A stretch of 64,000 bases of DNA, from IMG/VR virus record IMGVR_UViG_2740891848_000001, positions 1-64,000 of that record. The stretch is one strand, 5' to 3'. Numbering within the stretch: the first letter of the stretch is position 1; every line of letters begins with the position of its first letter. Below the pieces are notes generated by a model. That model did not search any database, had not been told where the DNA came from, and saw nothing but the letters and a program-made list of their open reading frames with translations. The stretch comes from a virus (Duplodnaviria > Caudoviricetes). Positions 8,286 through 18,828 of the stretch are shown piece after piece. Made by a program: the position numbers and the translations under genes.

Positions 8286-10313
8286 TCATGCAGCTTCCTT
8301 TAGGGGTAGCGTGAAAATGTGATCCGCGATCGGCCGCTTGTGCGTCACGACGATCACCTGTTTGACGGTCTCCTTCAAACGCTGAAGGCACTCGGCGGTG
8401 TAGCGTGCGCGCTCGTCGTCCATCGACTCGTCGAACTCGTCAGCCATGAACACGGAGAACACGCCGTTGGTTAGAACTTGCCCGAGGCCGATGCGCAGCG
8501 CGAGGTTCGCTACGGCCTTACCCGATCCGGACAGCGTCGTTGCCTGCTGACCATCCACGGTGATGTTGAAATCGTCGTCGACCACGATCGAGCTGCGCGC
8601 TCCACCCGTCATCTGACTGAGCAGGAGCGACGCGACCTTGTTCAGCGACGGCACCAGGAAGGACTTGATGACGACCTTCGCCTCAGCGATCGCGGCCTTC
8701 GCCTTCGACCAGTCCTCGGACTGCTCAAGCAGCCCTTCCATCTTCAGCTTGTCCTCAGCGTAGACCCGCGCAGAAGCCTCATACACGCCTTGCGCCTGCT
8801 CGTAGGTACGCGAGGCTACCAGGCACTCCTCCAGAGCCTTCAGGCGGGCCTCCACAGGCTCCAGCTCGGCAATGCGTGCCTCACGCTCTTTCAACTGGGC
8901 GAAGAACGCCTCGTAGGAGGCAACCTGCGCGCCGTACGCCAGCAGCGCGCCCTCATATTTCTGACGGGCGGCGATGCGCTCGGACTGATCCGGGTTGGCT
9001 CCGACGAGCTGGTCCACCTCACAGATCTGGTCGTTCGCCGCACCGATCTCACCCTCCTTCGCGTTGATCTCGTCGGTCTTGGCCTGGAGTGCACGCCCCA
9101 GCTCCTGTTTCTCCGCGGCGATCAGCGCCTCCAGCTCGGGGATCGAGTGCTCCAGCGTGGCCTTCTGAGCGACGTTGCTGTTCAGCCGCCGCTGTGCCAT
9201 GAGCTGGTCGCGCGTCATGGTCGGGGTCGGCGTCTCAACGACATCGGCGTATGCTTCCAGCGCGGCCTTGGCCAGCGGCCAGTGGTGGTCACAGCTCGGG
9301 CAGACGTGCTCGCCCTGCCCCAGCAGCTTCTGCTTTGCCACCCAGCGGTCGTGCATGGCCCACTGCGCCTCGACGGCGGCGACCTCGTCGTGCGTCATCG
9401 TCGGCAGGACGAGCGCGGCGAGCTGCGTGCAACAGCTGGCCAGCTGCTTAGCGTTGAACGACTCGCCGTTCAGCTGGCCGTGGGTCTTCAGCAGCTCGGA
9501 CTCGAGTTGCGTTTTCTCACGTCGCAGCGCGTCAACCTTCTGGCCAGCCAGTCGGCGAGCGTCAAGCAGCTGGGCGCGGATATCCTGAAGGCTCTGCAAC
9601 GTCAGGACCGTCTCAGCAATCTCGCAGACAGGTGCGACAGGTTCGGCCGGCTTGTTGGCGACCATTCCGCGCAGCTGGTTCAGCTCAGTGGCATGCACTA
9701 CGGCTTCCTGACGCTTCAGCTCCAGCGTCGAGCTGCTTTCGTAGTTCTCCGGGACTGGCGGCGCCGTAGGCTCGCGCAGGACGCTGGAGATGCCCTCGGC
9801 TTGGCGCACGAACTTCAGCGCCTGATCACCGCAGTGCTTGATCAGATCGTCCAGCACTGACAGACCGATGGTCTGGTCGACGATGCGCTTACGCTCAGTC
9901 GGCTTCGCATCCGTCAGCGCTTCGACCGCGCCCTGCATCACGGCGTTGGCCATAGTGAAGACGGTGTAGTCGTAGCCGAAGATCTCCTTCATCTTCAGGT
10001 TGACCGGCTTCGTGCCGACCGCCACGTCGCGCTCGCTACCATCCAGCAGCTCGACCAGCTTCGCGTTGCGGATCGTACGGTTGACGCGGTAGCGCCGCCC
10101 CTTCACTTCGAACGTCTGCTCGACATCGAGCTTCTTGTAGTCCTCGGCCGCGCCGCGCAGCGCCACGCTACCCCACAGCGCAAAAAGGATCATTTCCAGC
10201 GTCACGGACTTGCCAGACTCGTTCTTTCCTGTGATGGCCGTCTGGCCAGCCTGAAAATTGAAGACCGAGTGCGGATGGCGGTAGCCGTTCTTGATGATCA
10301 GTTTTTCCAGCAT
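8286..10313 (-). CDS. SbcC/Rad50-like SMC ATPase
   Basis: Walker A GKNESGKS, long coiled coil with CPSC zinc hook, signature LSGSG, Walker B FMADE. Confidence 0.92.
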   Translation of the reverse strand: MLEKLIIKNGYRHPHSVFNFQAGQTAITGKNESGKSVTLEMILFALWGSVALRGAAEDYKKLDVEQTFEVKGRRYRVNRTIRNAKLVELLDGSERDVAVGTKPVNLKMKEIFGYDYTVFTMANAVMQGAVEALTDAKPTERKRIVDQTIGLSVLDDLIKHCGDQALKFVRQAEGISSVLREPTAPPVPENYESSSTLELKRQEAVVHATELNQLRGMVANKPAEPVAPVCEIAETVLTLQSLQDIRAQLLDARRLAGQKVDALRREKTQLESELLKTHGQLNGESFNAKQLASCCTQLAALVLPTMTHDEVAAVEAQWAMHDRWVAKQKLLGQGEHVCPSCDHHWPLAKAALEAYADVVETPTPTMTRDQLMAQRRLNSNVAQKATLEHSIPELEALIAAEKQELGRALQAKTDEINAKEGEIGAANDQICEVDQLVGANPDQSERIAARQKYEGALLAYGAQVASYEAFFAQLKEREARIAELEPVEARLKALEECLVASRTYEQAQGVYEASARVYAEDKLKMEGLLEQSEDWSKAKAAIAEAKVVIKSFLVPSLNKVASLLLSQMTGGARSSIVVDDDFNITVDGQQATTLSGSGKAVANLALRIGLGQVLTNGVFSVFMADEFDESMDDERARYTAECLQRLKETVKQVIVVTHKRPIADHIFTLPLKEAA

Positions 10314-10323
10314 GTCGTTCCCC

Positions 10324-11337
10324 TTATACCGTCGCGTTGCGCTTTTCGAGGTACATCGTCAGAAGGCCGCTCGACGTTTCCGGCGAGACTTCATGCTTGG
10401 TGAAGCACCGGGCCAGAATGTCCTGCATGTCGAACGACTCGGTCTGCATGGTGATGTCCACGAACTCCTCCCCGTTGTCGGCGATCGGCTTCTTTGTGAC
10501 TGCCCACGCGTCGATCTCGAAGTCGATCTCTTCACCCGGCTTCAGCAGCACGCGCACCGCCTTGTCGTGGAACTGGTCGGGCGTCGTGGCCAACGCGGCG
10601 CGCAGCTCGTCGAGCGTGAGCGTGACGTAGCGACCGTCATCGTCGTTCTCGCCGTGGGCATACGGCTGCATTGAACCGGGGAAGATGACGCGGACCCCGT
10701 TGACCATGTCGTCGAACGGACGATGGTCGTGGCCGCTCACAACCAGCTTGGTGAAGGGGCGCAGCTCGAACAGTGGCACGGCGTTGTGCGGGTTCTCTTC
10801 GAACGTCACACGATCCCAGTGGCCGACCACGAGGTCGAACTCCTTGAAGCCGTCAGCGCCAAGGTCACGCGCCATCTCGTTCGAATTGCGGAACGGATGC
10901 CACGGGCACACACCGAGGCGGAAGACGCCGTGTTCGATGACCTCGGTGTTGTCCAGCGAGATGACGATGTTCTGGATGCCAAGCAACAGCTGGTGCAGAA
11001 GATCGTAGGAACTCGCTTTATCGGCGTCGCGCGAAGCGTCATGGTTGCCACGGACCAGCACGAAGATGGTGTCGGGGCGCGCGAGAGCGGCTTGACGGTA
11101 CGCCATCGCCCCTTCGAGGACGATCTCGGGTGGCACCACGTAGGTGTCGAAGATGTCGCCGAGGCAAATGTTCACATCGACAGGCGCGTTCAGCTCTTCC
11201 ACGAACTGAGCAGCGATGCTGGCCTCGCGTTCACCCTGGCGGTGAAGCGGGACACCGGTCCGGAAAGCGCGACCACGATGCACGTCTCCGATAAAGCCGA
11301 CCTTCAGGCCGGCAATTTCCATAATCTTCATGATCAC
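10324..11337 (-). CDS. SbcD/Mre11-like metallophosphoesterase nuclease
   Basis: GDVH, LGDIFD, GNHD, GHW and GHDH motifs; adjacent to the SbcC-like gene. Confidence 0.9.
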   Translation of the reverse strand: MIMKIMEIAGLKVGFIGDVHRGRAFRTGVPLHRQGEREASIAAQFVEELNAPVDVNICLGDIFDTYVVPPEIVLEGAMAYRQAALARPDTIFVLVRGNHDASRDADKASSYDLLHQLLLGIQNIVISLDNTEVIEHGVFRLGVCPWHPFRNSNEMARDLGADGFKEFDLVVGHWDRVTFEENPHNAVPLFELRPFTKLVVSGHDHRPFDDMVNGVRVIFPGSMQPYAHGENDDDGRYVTLTLDELRAALATTPDQFHDKAVRVLLKPGEEIDFEIDAWAVTKKPIADNGEEFVDITMQTESFDMQDILARCFTKHEVSPETSSGLLTMYLEKRNATV

Positions 11338-11424
11338 GACCTTGTGAGAATCTTGCTGAGGACGAAGATCACCGCAGCGGTGATGACCGCTGCGAGGATG
11401 ACTTCGATCGACTTGCGGATTCGA

Positions 11425-12036
11425 TCAGACTGCGGCATCGACGACATCCCCTGCGGTGTGCAGAGATGGATGCTTGGTCGAATGCTCGCGAACGGCGAAG
11501 AGCACCTTGATCTGGTGGAACACGTCGAACAGTGCGCTGTGTGCCGGCCCCTCGAACGGGATCAGACGTTCGAACTCGGGCGGCTGCTGCGGCCAGTAAC
11601 GTCCGCGAATCCACGAGTTCATGTCGTTCGTTTGGCGGAAGTGGAAGGGGTTCTGTACTTCGAACTGCTTGCAGTAGCTTTCGATGAACGGGTATTCGAA
11701 GTGCGACGGCTTCGCCCATAGGCGCAGCGTGTCGTTGTACGGGTCCGTGCCGACGCGTGCCCACGTCACGAAGTCCTGCATGACCTTCGCAGGGTTCTCG
11801 CTACGTTGCATGATGCTGGTCAGGATATCTCGCTTGTCCTTGAGCCACCAGCTGCGCGTCTCTTCGTCGAAGTAGCGCTTCGGCGGCATGATCAGGCAGC
11901 GATCGAAGGTTTCAGGATGGATCTCGCCGGATGCGAGGTCGAAGCGAACGGCGGCGATCTGGATGATCGCGTTCTCGTCAGAGCGAGTGCCGGTCGTTTC
12001 CAAGTCGACCATGAAGTCGAGGCATTTGATTGTCAT
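11425..12036 (-). CDS. DEDD-family 3'-5' exonuclease
   Basis: MVDLETTG...IIQIAAVRFD and HSALFD motifs. Confidence 0.85.
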   Translation of the reverse strand: MTIKCLDFMVDLETTGTRSDENAIIQIAAVRFDLASGEIHPETFDRCLIMPPKRYFDEETRSWWLKDKRDILTSIMQRSENPAKVMQDFVTWARVGTDPYNDTLRLWAKPSHFEYPFIESYCKQFEVQNPFHFRQTNDMNSWIRGRYWPQQPPEFERLIPFEGPAHSALFDVFHQIKVLFAVREHSTKHPSLHTAGDVVDAAV

Positions 12037-12481
12037 GTTGGTTGGCCAGAAGTTGTGAAAACAGCACATGGGAAGAGATACGGTGGTGGTCGATCTCTGC
12101 CCACTTCATCGACTTTGTGGTGTGGTCGATGATGTGCGACGCGTGGACTGCGTACCAGATACCTACCGACTCGCGTCGGAGGAAGAAGTAGTAATCCCCG
12201 CCTGCTGCTACTGCCTTGCGTGCTGCGCGCCACTGGTTCGTGGCAATCATGCTGAAGGGAAAGGACGGCTCTTTTACCGTGCTCTTCACTTCGGCGTAGA
12301 ACATGCGTTTATCCCAGGTGACGACAAAGTCAGCTGGTTGGGCATCCTTGATTGCTCGATTGAGGCCAGTGGCGCCGCGCACATGCGCCGTGTCGGTAAG
12401 CCGCTCTACTGCTGCGCGCTTGCCGAAAGGCGCAAAGAAAGAGGCGAACTCTTCCTCTGCATCCTTCCAGACTTGCTTCAT
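11978..12481 (-). CDS. RecU-like Holliday junction resolvase (PD-(D/E)XK nuclease)
   Basis: PADFVV...YAEVKS catalytic pattern; C-terminus overlaps the next gene by 59 nt. Confidence 0.7.
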   Translation of the reverse strand: MKQVWKDAEEEFASFFAPFGKRAAVERLTDTAHVRGATGLNRAIKDAQPADFVVTWDKRMFYAEVKSTVKEPSFPFSMIATNQWRAARKAVAAGGDYYFFLRRESVGIWYAVHASHIIDHTTKSMKWAEIDHHRISSHVLFSQLLANQHDNQMPRLHGRLGNDRHSL

Positions 12482-12564
12482 TTTCTCTTTGACTACGTGG
12501 TGGTGGTGTGCTGCGATTATAGCTAGATAAAACCTTCAAAGTACGCCTAACTAGCTGATAGTTC

Positions 12565-13902
12565 TCACACTACTTTGTCTGTTCGGAACCGCACGAACAC
12601 TGGGTTTCGCAGCGAGCCTTCTGAAGTCTTCTCCATATACTCGCATTCGAGAATCCAACCCATCATCTCCTCGCGCTTCGCCCAGAACTCGTGCCGTTCT
12701 GCGTCCGTATAGCCACCGCCTACGTCGACGCGGAAGGGACTACCGTCTTCGAGCGCGCCCTCGATCGTGAAGCCACCGAGCGCATGCTCATACTTGCCCT
12801 TCTTCTTGCCGTTATACGCCGCGACGATGCGGCCCTCGGCCGTGTCGAGAGGCTTGCCCTTCAGCCAGAACGGTGAGCGGTCCCAGACGTACGGCGCGTT
12901 GAGATCCTTCAACATGAAACCCTCGAAGCCCTGCGCCAGCGCGATGTCGAAGAACGTCTTTGTTTCCTCACGGCTGTTGACGATCTGCTTGTAGCTCGGA
13001 CGAAGGCGCCCTGTCCATTCCAGGCCATCCGGCCCCTCCTCTGCACAGATCTTCTCTAGTGCGATGTCGAGCGCGGAGCTGCGCTCGAACTGCGGCCGCA
13101 GACAAACCTGCTGGTCCCACTCCACCATCGTGAGGAAGTCGTATGCATAGAAGCGAAGTTGCGAGCGATCCGCGCCCTCCTTCTTAGCCTTCATAGTGGC
13201 CGAGAAGGAGGGATGCTTCTTCGTCGGGTCCACAACGTGGATCATCGCTTCGCCGTCGAGGACCATTGCTTGGTTACCTACCAGCGCTTCGCGAAGCGCT
13301 TGCATCTCCGCGTCGAACAGGCCGCCGATCCAGTACGTCTGGTCAAGGCCTTCACGGGAGTATCCGACGACCGGCTGGCCGGGGTGGATGAAGACCGTGA
13401 CGCGCTGGCCGTCCATCTTGAACTCGATTTGCGCCGGGAAGGTCGGAGTGTGATCGCCGATCTTCTCGGCCAACATCACGTCGAACACCGGGATCAGCTT
13501 CGGGAACACCTTGTTGATCTCCGTCGCACCGATGCCGACGCGCAGGTTCTTGCGCAGCACGCAGGCCAGGTTCTCCTGGGTCTCCTGGTCGTACTTCATG
13601 AGCACACTCAAGATTGCGGCCTTCGCGGCGTTTCCCGTCAGATGGCGGGTGGAGAGCGACAGCAGCAATTGAATGAACTCCTCGCCTTGGTCCACGTTGT
13701 AGGCTGAGTAATGATCCGGCATATCGAAATCTTTCACACCATAGGTGACGAACGGCGACAGCGCGGCGACCAGCATCTTCTTCGCAAACTCGTCTTCGTT
13801 AGCGCCCAGCTTGGTGAGAGCTTCGATCTTGTCGTTCTTCTTGGTTGTCGCGCGGCATTCAGCCATGAGGCGATTGAAACGGTACATATTGTCTTGATCC
13901 AT
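12565..13902 (-). CDS. ATP-dependent DNA ligase
   Basis: EFKMDGQR adenylation motif, LDGE, EGFMLK and C-terminal OB fold (GGGYTD, LRNPVF); alternative start at 13887. Confidence 0.93.
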   Translation of the reverse strand: MDQDNMYRFNRLMAECRATTKKNDKIEALTKLGANEDEFAKKMLVAALSPFVTYGVKDFDMPDHYSAYNVDQGEEFIQLLLSLSTRHLTGNAAKAAILSVLMKYDQETQENLACVLRKNLRVGIGATEINKVFPKLIPVFDVMLAEKIGDHTPTFPAQIEFKMDGQRVTVFIHPGQPVVGYSREGLDQTYWIGGLFDAEMQALREALVGNQAMVLDGEAMIHVVDPTKKHPSFSATMKAKKEGADRSQLRFYAYDFLTMVEWDQQVCLRPQFERSSALDIALEKICAEEGPDGLEWTGRLRPSYKQIVNSREETKTFFDIALAQGFEGFMLKDLNAPYVWDRSPFWLKGKPLDTAEGRIVAAYNGKKKGKYEHALGGFTIEGALEDGSPFRVDVGGGYTDAERHEFWAKREEMMGWILECEYMEKTSEGSLRNPVFVRFRTDKVV

Positions 13903-13914
13903 TGTGGTGGTGAT

Positions 13915-14313
13915 TCAGTCCGACGAGACGGACGACGACGAGTCGCTGCTGCTCGAACAGTCGCTACTCGTCGACCAGCTGCTGCCGTTGTCGTACGACG
14001 CGATGTGGTGGCTCGTGTCGTACGATGTGTGGTGCGATGAACTGTGGCTGGGCGCGCACTCGTACGTGCTGCGCGACGGCTCACTCACCGGCTGGTAGAT
14101 CGGGTTCAGTGGGCTGATGGGACTCAGCGGATTGAGCGGGCCGTTCATATCGCTGCTGTCGTCGCGCGTCGTGCTGCTCGACGGGCGCAACGCATTCGAG
14201 CGTGCCAGGCCTCCCGACACCGAGTACGATCGAGCGCATGTTTCGGTGGCCGGCGCAGGCTTAGCGATCGGCTCTGGGACTTCTTTCTTACGTAGCCAGC
14301 CGAATAACCTCAT
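13915..14313 (-). CDS. hypothetical protein with PLNPLSP repeat and Ser/Asp-rich tail
   Basis: 132 aa; ATGA overlap with polymerase stop; low-complexity C-terminus. Confidence 0.6.
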   Translation of the reverse strand: MRLFGWLRKKEVPEPIAKPAPATETCARSYSVSGGLARSNALRPSSSTTRDDSSDMNGPLNPLSPISPLNPIYQPVSEPSRSTYECAPSHSSSHHTSYDTSHHIASYDNGSSWSTSSDCSSSSDSSSSVSSD

Positions 14314-17030
14314 GCTGTTGCCTCCTCTTCTTGCTGTGTTTCGACGGGCACACCGTCGAGGATGTAGTTGAGAATTGCGAAGCGTTCTTCACGCGTGGCA
14401 CGCTTGCCGTAGCGGTCTTCAGAAATGCAAGGCAGACCCTTCTGCATTTCCATCAATTCAACCTGGCCAGCTGGGCACTTCTCCTTGTTCCACGGCTGCA
14501 TGGTTTTGCCGATAGCCAGCGACGAGTCGAGCTTCAGGTTCTTCATCAAGCCAGCGTCTTCGATCATCACTTCGTAGAACATGTCGCAGAAGTCCAGCAC
14601 CTGCGAACGCGGTACGCTGTAGATCAGTTCGTCGTGAATCAGCAGATAGAAGCGCGCGCGGAAGGCTTCGGCTGCAATCCGCTTTTTCATCCGGATCATT
14701 GCCCGCTTCGAGAGAGAGCCACCCATTCCCTGCACCTTCGCGTTGACACACTGGTTGCCGGCGCGGCGGTTGATCTTCTTGATGACCGCGTCACCAAAGG
14801 CTGCGATCGCCGGATCTCCATACGAAGCAAACTTCTGCTTCATGATGTTGATCCACTCGTACGTAGCCTCGAAGCGGTCACGACGGTGGTGATCTGGCAG
14901 CTCGACGTAACCCTTCTCGCGAGCTTCCTCGATCGTGCTGACGCGCCACTCTTCCGCCACGGGGAACGTCGCGCGGTACTTGTCGACCATCTCCCACATG
15001 AAGTCACTGGTCCAGCCTAGCGCCTCGCCGGTCGTGCCCAGCGCACCGGAATACCAGTAGCCGAAGTTCGCCGGCTTACCGATGTCTGTACGAAGTTGTT
15101 TCTTGTCCGGACGGCTCTCGTACTCTTCGTCGCTCAGGCCCATCAGACCAGTCACGGCGGCTTTGTGGAGATCGTCGTGCGGCCGCTGGCCATACGCCTT
15201 GCGGAAGGCTGGGTCATTCGAGTAGTCCCCGATAATCACCAGCTCGACCGCCGACCAGTCGGCCGACACGAGGACATGCTCTTCGCCCTCGGCGTCGTCG
15301 TCGTCGGCCTCGAAGAAGCCGCGGACATACACCGCCTCGCCGAACTTGCTGAGCTGCTGGCCGTTCGGGTTCTGGCACGAGCTTCGGCGCGTGGCGAGCA
15401 TGGAACTGAGCTGCGGATACACGCGGCCAGTGTCCGGATCTACCAGGCACAGGTAAGGCGTCAGATAGAGCTTTACGCGTTGGGAGATAGATGCCATCTC
15501 CTTGTAGCAGCGGAACATGGTCATGCCCGCTTCGTACTGCGTGATCAGCTCCTGCAACGCCGGCAGCGTCTTCGCGGACAGCTTCAGATCAGCGCTGACC
15601 TCGTCCGTCTTCACGTCGATGCAGCCCTTCAGGATCTCGTCGTTGTAGCGCTTGATCCAGCGGCGCTCCAGCTCGTCGCGGCAGTCGCCGTCGCTTTGCG
15701 TCTTGCCATCGGCCTGCATGTACGAGCCGCGCAGCAAGTCATAGATGACCGTCCGCATCGGCATGTAGTGGACCAGGTTCACGCCGCTCGACTCTTTCAC
15801 GCCTCGCTCGATGGCCCACGCGTTCGACACCGGGCCGCGCGTCTGCATGCACTGCTCGAAGTCGTCGTCGCTATCCGGCTGGTTGGCCCACTTCGCAATT
15901 TGCGTGCGGTACTTCTTCCAGCCTTCAGATCCCTTGACCGGGTCGAAGTACCATTTGTCGTACTTGACCAGCTTCTCGTGTGGCTCGTCGGGGAACGGCA
16001 GAAGATCACGGATCGCAGCCTTCAGCGTGCGCAGGCAGCGCGCTTCGTTCGAGCGCTCCTGGTCACGTCGATCAAGAACCGCTTTACCGTTCAGCTTGAT
16101 GCCGTGTTGCCACGCCTGCGATGCCTCATAGACGAAAGGCATCTCCTGTTCCATGTACGTGTTGAAGACCGGAGGGTTCGTGGCCATGATGAAGGCCATC
16201 ACGCGGTGGAACAGCTGGACGCACCAGTACGCATCATCAACGCCGTACTCGAAGGTCTCTTCGCCCGTGAGCTGGCCCATATGCGCCCTGCCCCGCAGCG
16301 TCTCGTCGAACGTCGCCATCTTGTAGCCGAACCAGCTGTGGACGGCGCGCTTCAGGTCGTAGCCGATCTTGATCGAAGCGACGTAGCCGTTGTAACTGTG
16401 CGCCGCATCCGACTCCTTCGCGATGACCTTGTAGAGCAGATCCTCCTGGTCCGCATTCATGGTCTGGCCAGGCTCATACCCTGCGAACGCGCGCGACACA
16501 GCCGGCAGCAGGCGCTCGATGCCCCCGACGCCAGGCTCGCGGAATTTGTCGATGAAGTACGTGTCGGGCGAGTACGCCGTGACGCACAGCTGCAACGTGC
16601 AGATGACGCGCGTACCGAGATCGAAGCCCAGCGACTTGGCCATCATTGCCCACTCGAAGCTTGCGTTGTGAATCAGCCAGTACGCGTCAGGCTTTTTCGC
16701 TTCGAGCAGCTTCATCGCTTCTTCCCAAGGCACGCGGTTCTCGATGTCGGCGTGCGCGAGGTTGATGTAGTACCCGTGGTGGTTTTCATCCGGGTAGATG
16801 GAGAATCCTGTTACGGTCGTGCGGTTCAAGTCGAAGACAAGTTTGGTGTTGCCACCCTTCTTGCCTTCGTCGTTGATCTTCATGAGACGGTTCAGACCTT
16901 CGTGCCTTTCAGAGTCTTCCGTCTCGATGTCGAACCCGATGAACCCCTTGGCCGCAACTTCCCCCGAGATGCGCGGAGCCAGCTCGGCCCAGTTGCGCGC
17001 ATCAACGAGAACTTTGCGATCGGATTCCAT
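14310..17030 (-). CDS. family A DNA polymerase with 3'-5' exonuclease domain
   Basis: Exo motifs FDIETE, HNASFE, YGVDDA; polymerase motifs ADWSAVEL (A), GKPANFGYWY (B), IHDEL (C). Confidence 0.95.
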   Translation of the reverse strand: MESDRKVLVDARNWAELAPRISGEVAAKGFIGFDIETEDSERHEGLNRLMKINDEGKKGGNTKLVFDLNRTTVTGFSIYPDENHHGYYINLAHADIENRVPWEEAMKLLEAKKPDAYWLIHNASFEWAMMAKSLGFDLGTRVICTLQLCVTAYSPDTYFIDKFREPGVGGIERLLPAVSRAFAGYEPGQTMNADQEDLLYKVIAKESDAAHSYNGYVASIKIGYDLKRAVHSWFGYKMATFDETLRGRAHMGQLTGEETFEYGVDDAYWCVQLFHRVMAFIMATNPPVFNTYMEQEMPFVYEASQAWQHGIKLNGKAVLDRRDQERSNEARCLRTLKAAIRDLLPFPDEPHEKLVKYDKWYFDPVKGSEGWKKYRTQIAKWANQPDSDDDFEQCMQTRGPVSNAWAIERGVKESSGVNLVHYMPMRTVIYDLLRGSYMQADGKTQSDGDCRDELERRWIKRYNDEILKGCIDVKTDEVSADLKLSAKTLPALQELITQYEAGMTMFRCYKEMASISQRVKLYLTPYLCLVDPDTGRVYPQLSSMLATRRSSCQNPNGQQLSKFGEAVYVRGFFEADDDDAEGEEHVLVSADWSAVELVIIGDYSNDPAFRKAYGQRPHDDLHKAAVTGLMGLSDEEYESRPDKKQLRTDIGKPANFGYWYSGALGTTGEALGWTSDFMWEMVDKYRATFPVAEEWRVSTIEEAREKGYVELPDHHRRDRFEATYEWINIMKQKFASYGDPAIAAFGDAVIKKINRRAGNQCVNAKVQGMGGSLSKRAMIRMKKRIAAEAFRARFYLLIHDELIYSVPRSQVLDFCDMFYEVMIEDAGLMKNLKLDSSLAIGKTMQPWNKEKCPAGQVELMEMQKGLPCISEDRYGKRATREERFAILNYILDGVPVETQQEEEATA

Positions 17031-17032
17031 TG

Positions 17033-17212
17033 TTACTCCGTCGCAGCCAGTTCCGCACCGACGAGAGCCACAGCCATCATGCCGTGGCCACCGTAGCGGG
17101 ACATCGTGGCCTTGATGTCATTAGCAGCTGCGAGGATCTGGTCGCGGTCTTGCTGCGGCATCTTCTCGATCTCGTCCTTGACGGCGAGGTACGTCAAACG
17201 TTCTGGTGTCAT
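17033..17212 (-). CDS. small hypothetical protein (59 aa, not in ORF track)
   Basis: MTPERLTYLAVKDEIEK...AATE; fills the gap between exonuclease and polymerase; preceded by CACCACCAC and GGATCAA motifs. Confidence 0.65.
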   Translation of the reverse strand: MTPERLTYLAVKDEIEKMPQQDRDQILAAANDIKATMSRYGGHGMMAVALVGAELAATE

Positions 17213-17236
17213 AGTCTTGATCCGTGGTGGTGGTGT

Positions 17237-18013
17237 TCACAGCAGGAAGTCTTTGAGGACTTCGTTCAGCACGCGGTCGTCGCGTTGGCCGACGACCAGG
17301 TTCTTCAGGAGATCTTCGTGGGGCATCTCGTAGAAGCCAGTGATCTCCCACATGGCCTTGAGAACCGCCTCGTTCTCCTTGACCCAAGCGCCCGTCTTCT
17401 TGCCGAGATTGAAGGAGCCAGCTTCGCTATCCCAGCAGGGCTTGTAGCCCTCGGCGAAGTACGCGAGCCAGCGCTCGCGGTCACAGTGTTCCCAGGCTGC
17501 GGGGCCGAAGCCTGGGATGCCGGTGATCTTGTCCGACTTATCCCCGACCAGCGTCTTCATGAGGCGCACTTCGGTCCACGCGGTGTTGTCGTAGTGGACG
17601 ATGTCCCGCCCCATGATGTGGGTGTGTACGCCGTCGCAGGACGCGAGAAAGTCGCCGTCAGTGGAGTGGATGTTTATGCGATCAACTAGCGGTCGATAGT
17701 GTTTGGCCAGCTGCGTGATCACGTCATCTGCTTCCCAACCCGCGATCTCCAGCGACATGCAGCGCGTGAAGCGCAACACTTGCTTGAACAAATCCATCGT
17801 TTTGTAGAAGGCGTCCGGTGGCGGCACTCTGCCGACCTTGTAGCCGGGGTAGATCTTGCGACGGCGGTCTTTCGAACCGTGGCCGTCCCATACCCAGATG
17901 ATGGTGTCGAACATGGGAAGCATGTTCATCTCATAGAGAACGTCGCGGATCGTGCCGTTCGTCTCGAATTTGACGCGGAACTGATTGTTCCCGTCGATCA
18001 GGTGAAGTGACAT
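17237..18013 (-). CDS. 5'-3' exonuclease / RNase H-like flap nuclease
   Basis: LIDGNN, WDG...RRKIYPGYK, EADDVI, STDGD and GDKSDKITGIPGFG motifs. Confidence 0.92.
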   Translation of the reverse strand: MSLHLIDGNNQFRVKFETNGTIRDVLYEMNMLPMFDTIIWVWDGHGSKDRRRKIYPGYKVGRVPPPDAFYKTMDLFKQVLRFTRCMSLEIAGWEADDVITQLAKHYRPLVDRINIHSTDGDFLASCDGVHTHIMGRDIVHYDNTAWTEVRLMKTLVGDKSDKITGIPGFGPAAWEHCDRERWLAYFAEGYKPCWDSEAGSFNLGKKTGAWVKENEAVLKAMWEITGFYEMPHEDLLKNLVVGQRDDRVLNEVLKDFLL

Positions 18014-18084
18014 GTGGACCTCGCAGGGACGTAGAAAAAGCCGCGGACTCTCTCGAGTTCGCGGCTTCCGATGACGCTAGGCCG

Positions 18085-18828
18085 CTAAGCCGTCGCGCCT
18101 TCTTCCTGCTCCACTTCGACGTATTCGCCGAGCGACGCCCAACACATCACGCCCCAGGCGTTACCCGCCTTGTTCGTCATGCGCTTCGACGTGACCTTCA
18201 CATGCACTTGCGCGCCGATCAGGCCTTCCTGCATCACCTTCTGGTAGAAGTCCTGCCATTCGCGCCAGTTGGTGGTCGAGGTCGCGTAGCCCACGCGCTG
18301 ACCAGCCTTCGCCAGCACCGTTCCGTCCGGTGCCTTGACATCGTTGATCAGAACCATCGGCACATCGACGGAGCGGTACGGCTTCGCCTTGTTGTCGATG
18401 TTCGCAGCCTTGGTGACTGCTTCGTTCCACGAGATGCCCTTGTCCGACTGCACGCCGTCATACGTCGACCAGTATTGCGCCGGGTTCCCGGCTTTGATCG
18501 ACATCTTCGGCGCGAAACCGATACCTTCGGTCACGTCGATGTAGGCTTCGAATTCCGTGATCAGCTTGTCGCCAGCCGTACCAATCACGAGACCGTATTC
18601 CTTGACCTTCGCCCAGACATCGACGTTCATCGCGCCGGTCATGAGCTGGTCCATCGACAGCTTCTGGCCTGCGCCAGCAACCGGACCTACTGCGGTGGTG
18701 CCGGCTGCTGCCGGGACTACTGCGCCGCCTGCTGCTGCAACGCTCGCGGGGGACGAGGTTGCTGCCGCTGCGATTGCGCCCGCGTTAGCTTGTGCGCGGG
18801 CAATTGCTTCTTGAATCGGATCAGCCAT
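18085..18828 (-). CDS. putative single-stranded DNA-binding protein
   Basis: Position in the replication module, acidic C-terminal tail (EVEQEEGATA), GGAG RBS before ATG 18828. Confidence 0.55.
   Translation of the reverse strand: MADPIQEAIARAQANAGAIAAAATSSPASVAAAGGAVVPAAAGTTAVGPVAGAGQKLSMDQLMTGAMNVDVWAKVKEYGLVIGTAGDKLITEFEAYIDVTEGIGFAPKMSIKAGNPAQYWSTYDGVQSDKGISWNEAVTKAANIDNKAKPYRSVDVPMVLINDVKAPDGTVLAKAGQRVGYATSTTNWREWQDFYQKVMQEGLIGAQVHVKVTSKRMTNKAGNAWGVMCWASLGEYVEVEQEEGATA

Noticed and set aside
8478-9860. 460-aa plus-strand ORF
   Set aside because: Antisense shadow of the SbcC-like gene, with no motifs
11978-12069. Possible frameshift or stop loss at the resolvase 3' end
   Set aside because: The 59-nt overlap with the exonuclease may be natural; cannot be judged without homologues
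6313-17030. DNA modification pathway (2-aminoadenine or 7-deazaguanine) suggested by MazG and family A polymerase
   Set aside because: No PurZ, Que/Dpd enzymes, glycosyltransferase or methyltransferase visible in the window
15096-17096. 666-aa plus-strand ORF
   Set aside because: Antisense shadow of the DNA polymerase, expected from high GC3 codon bias
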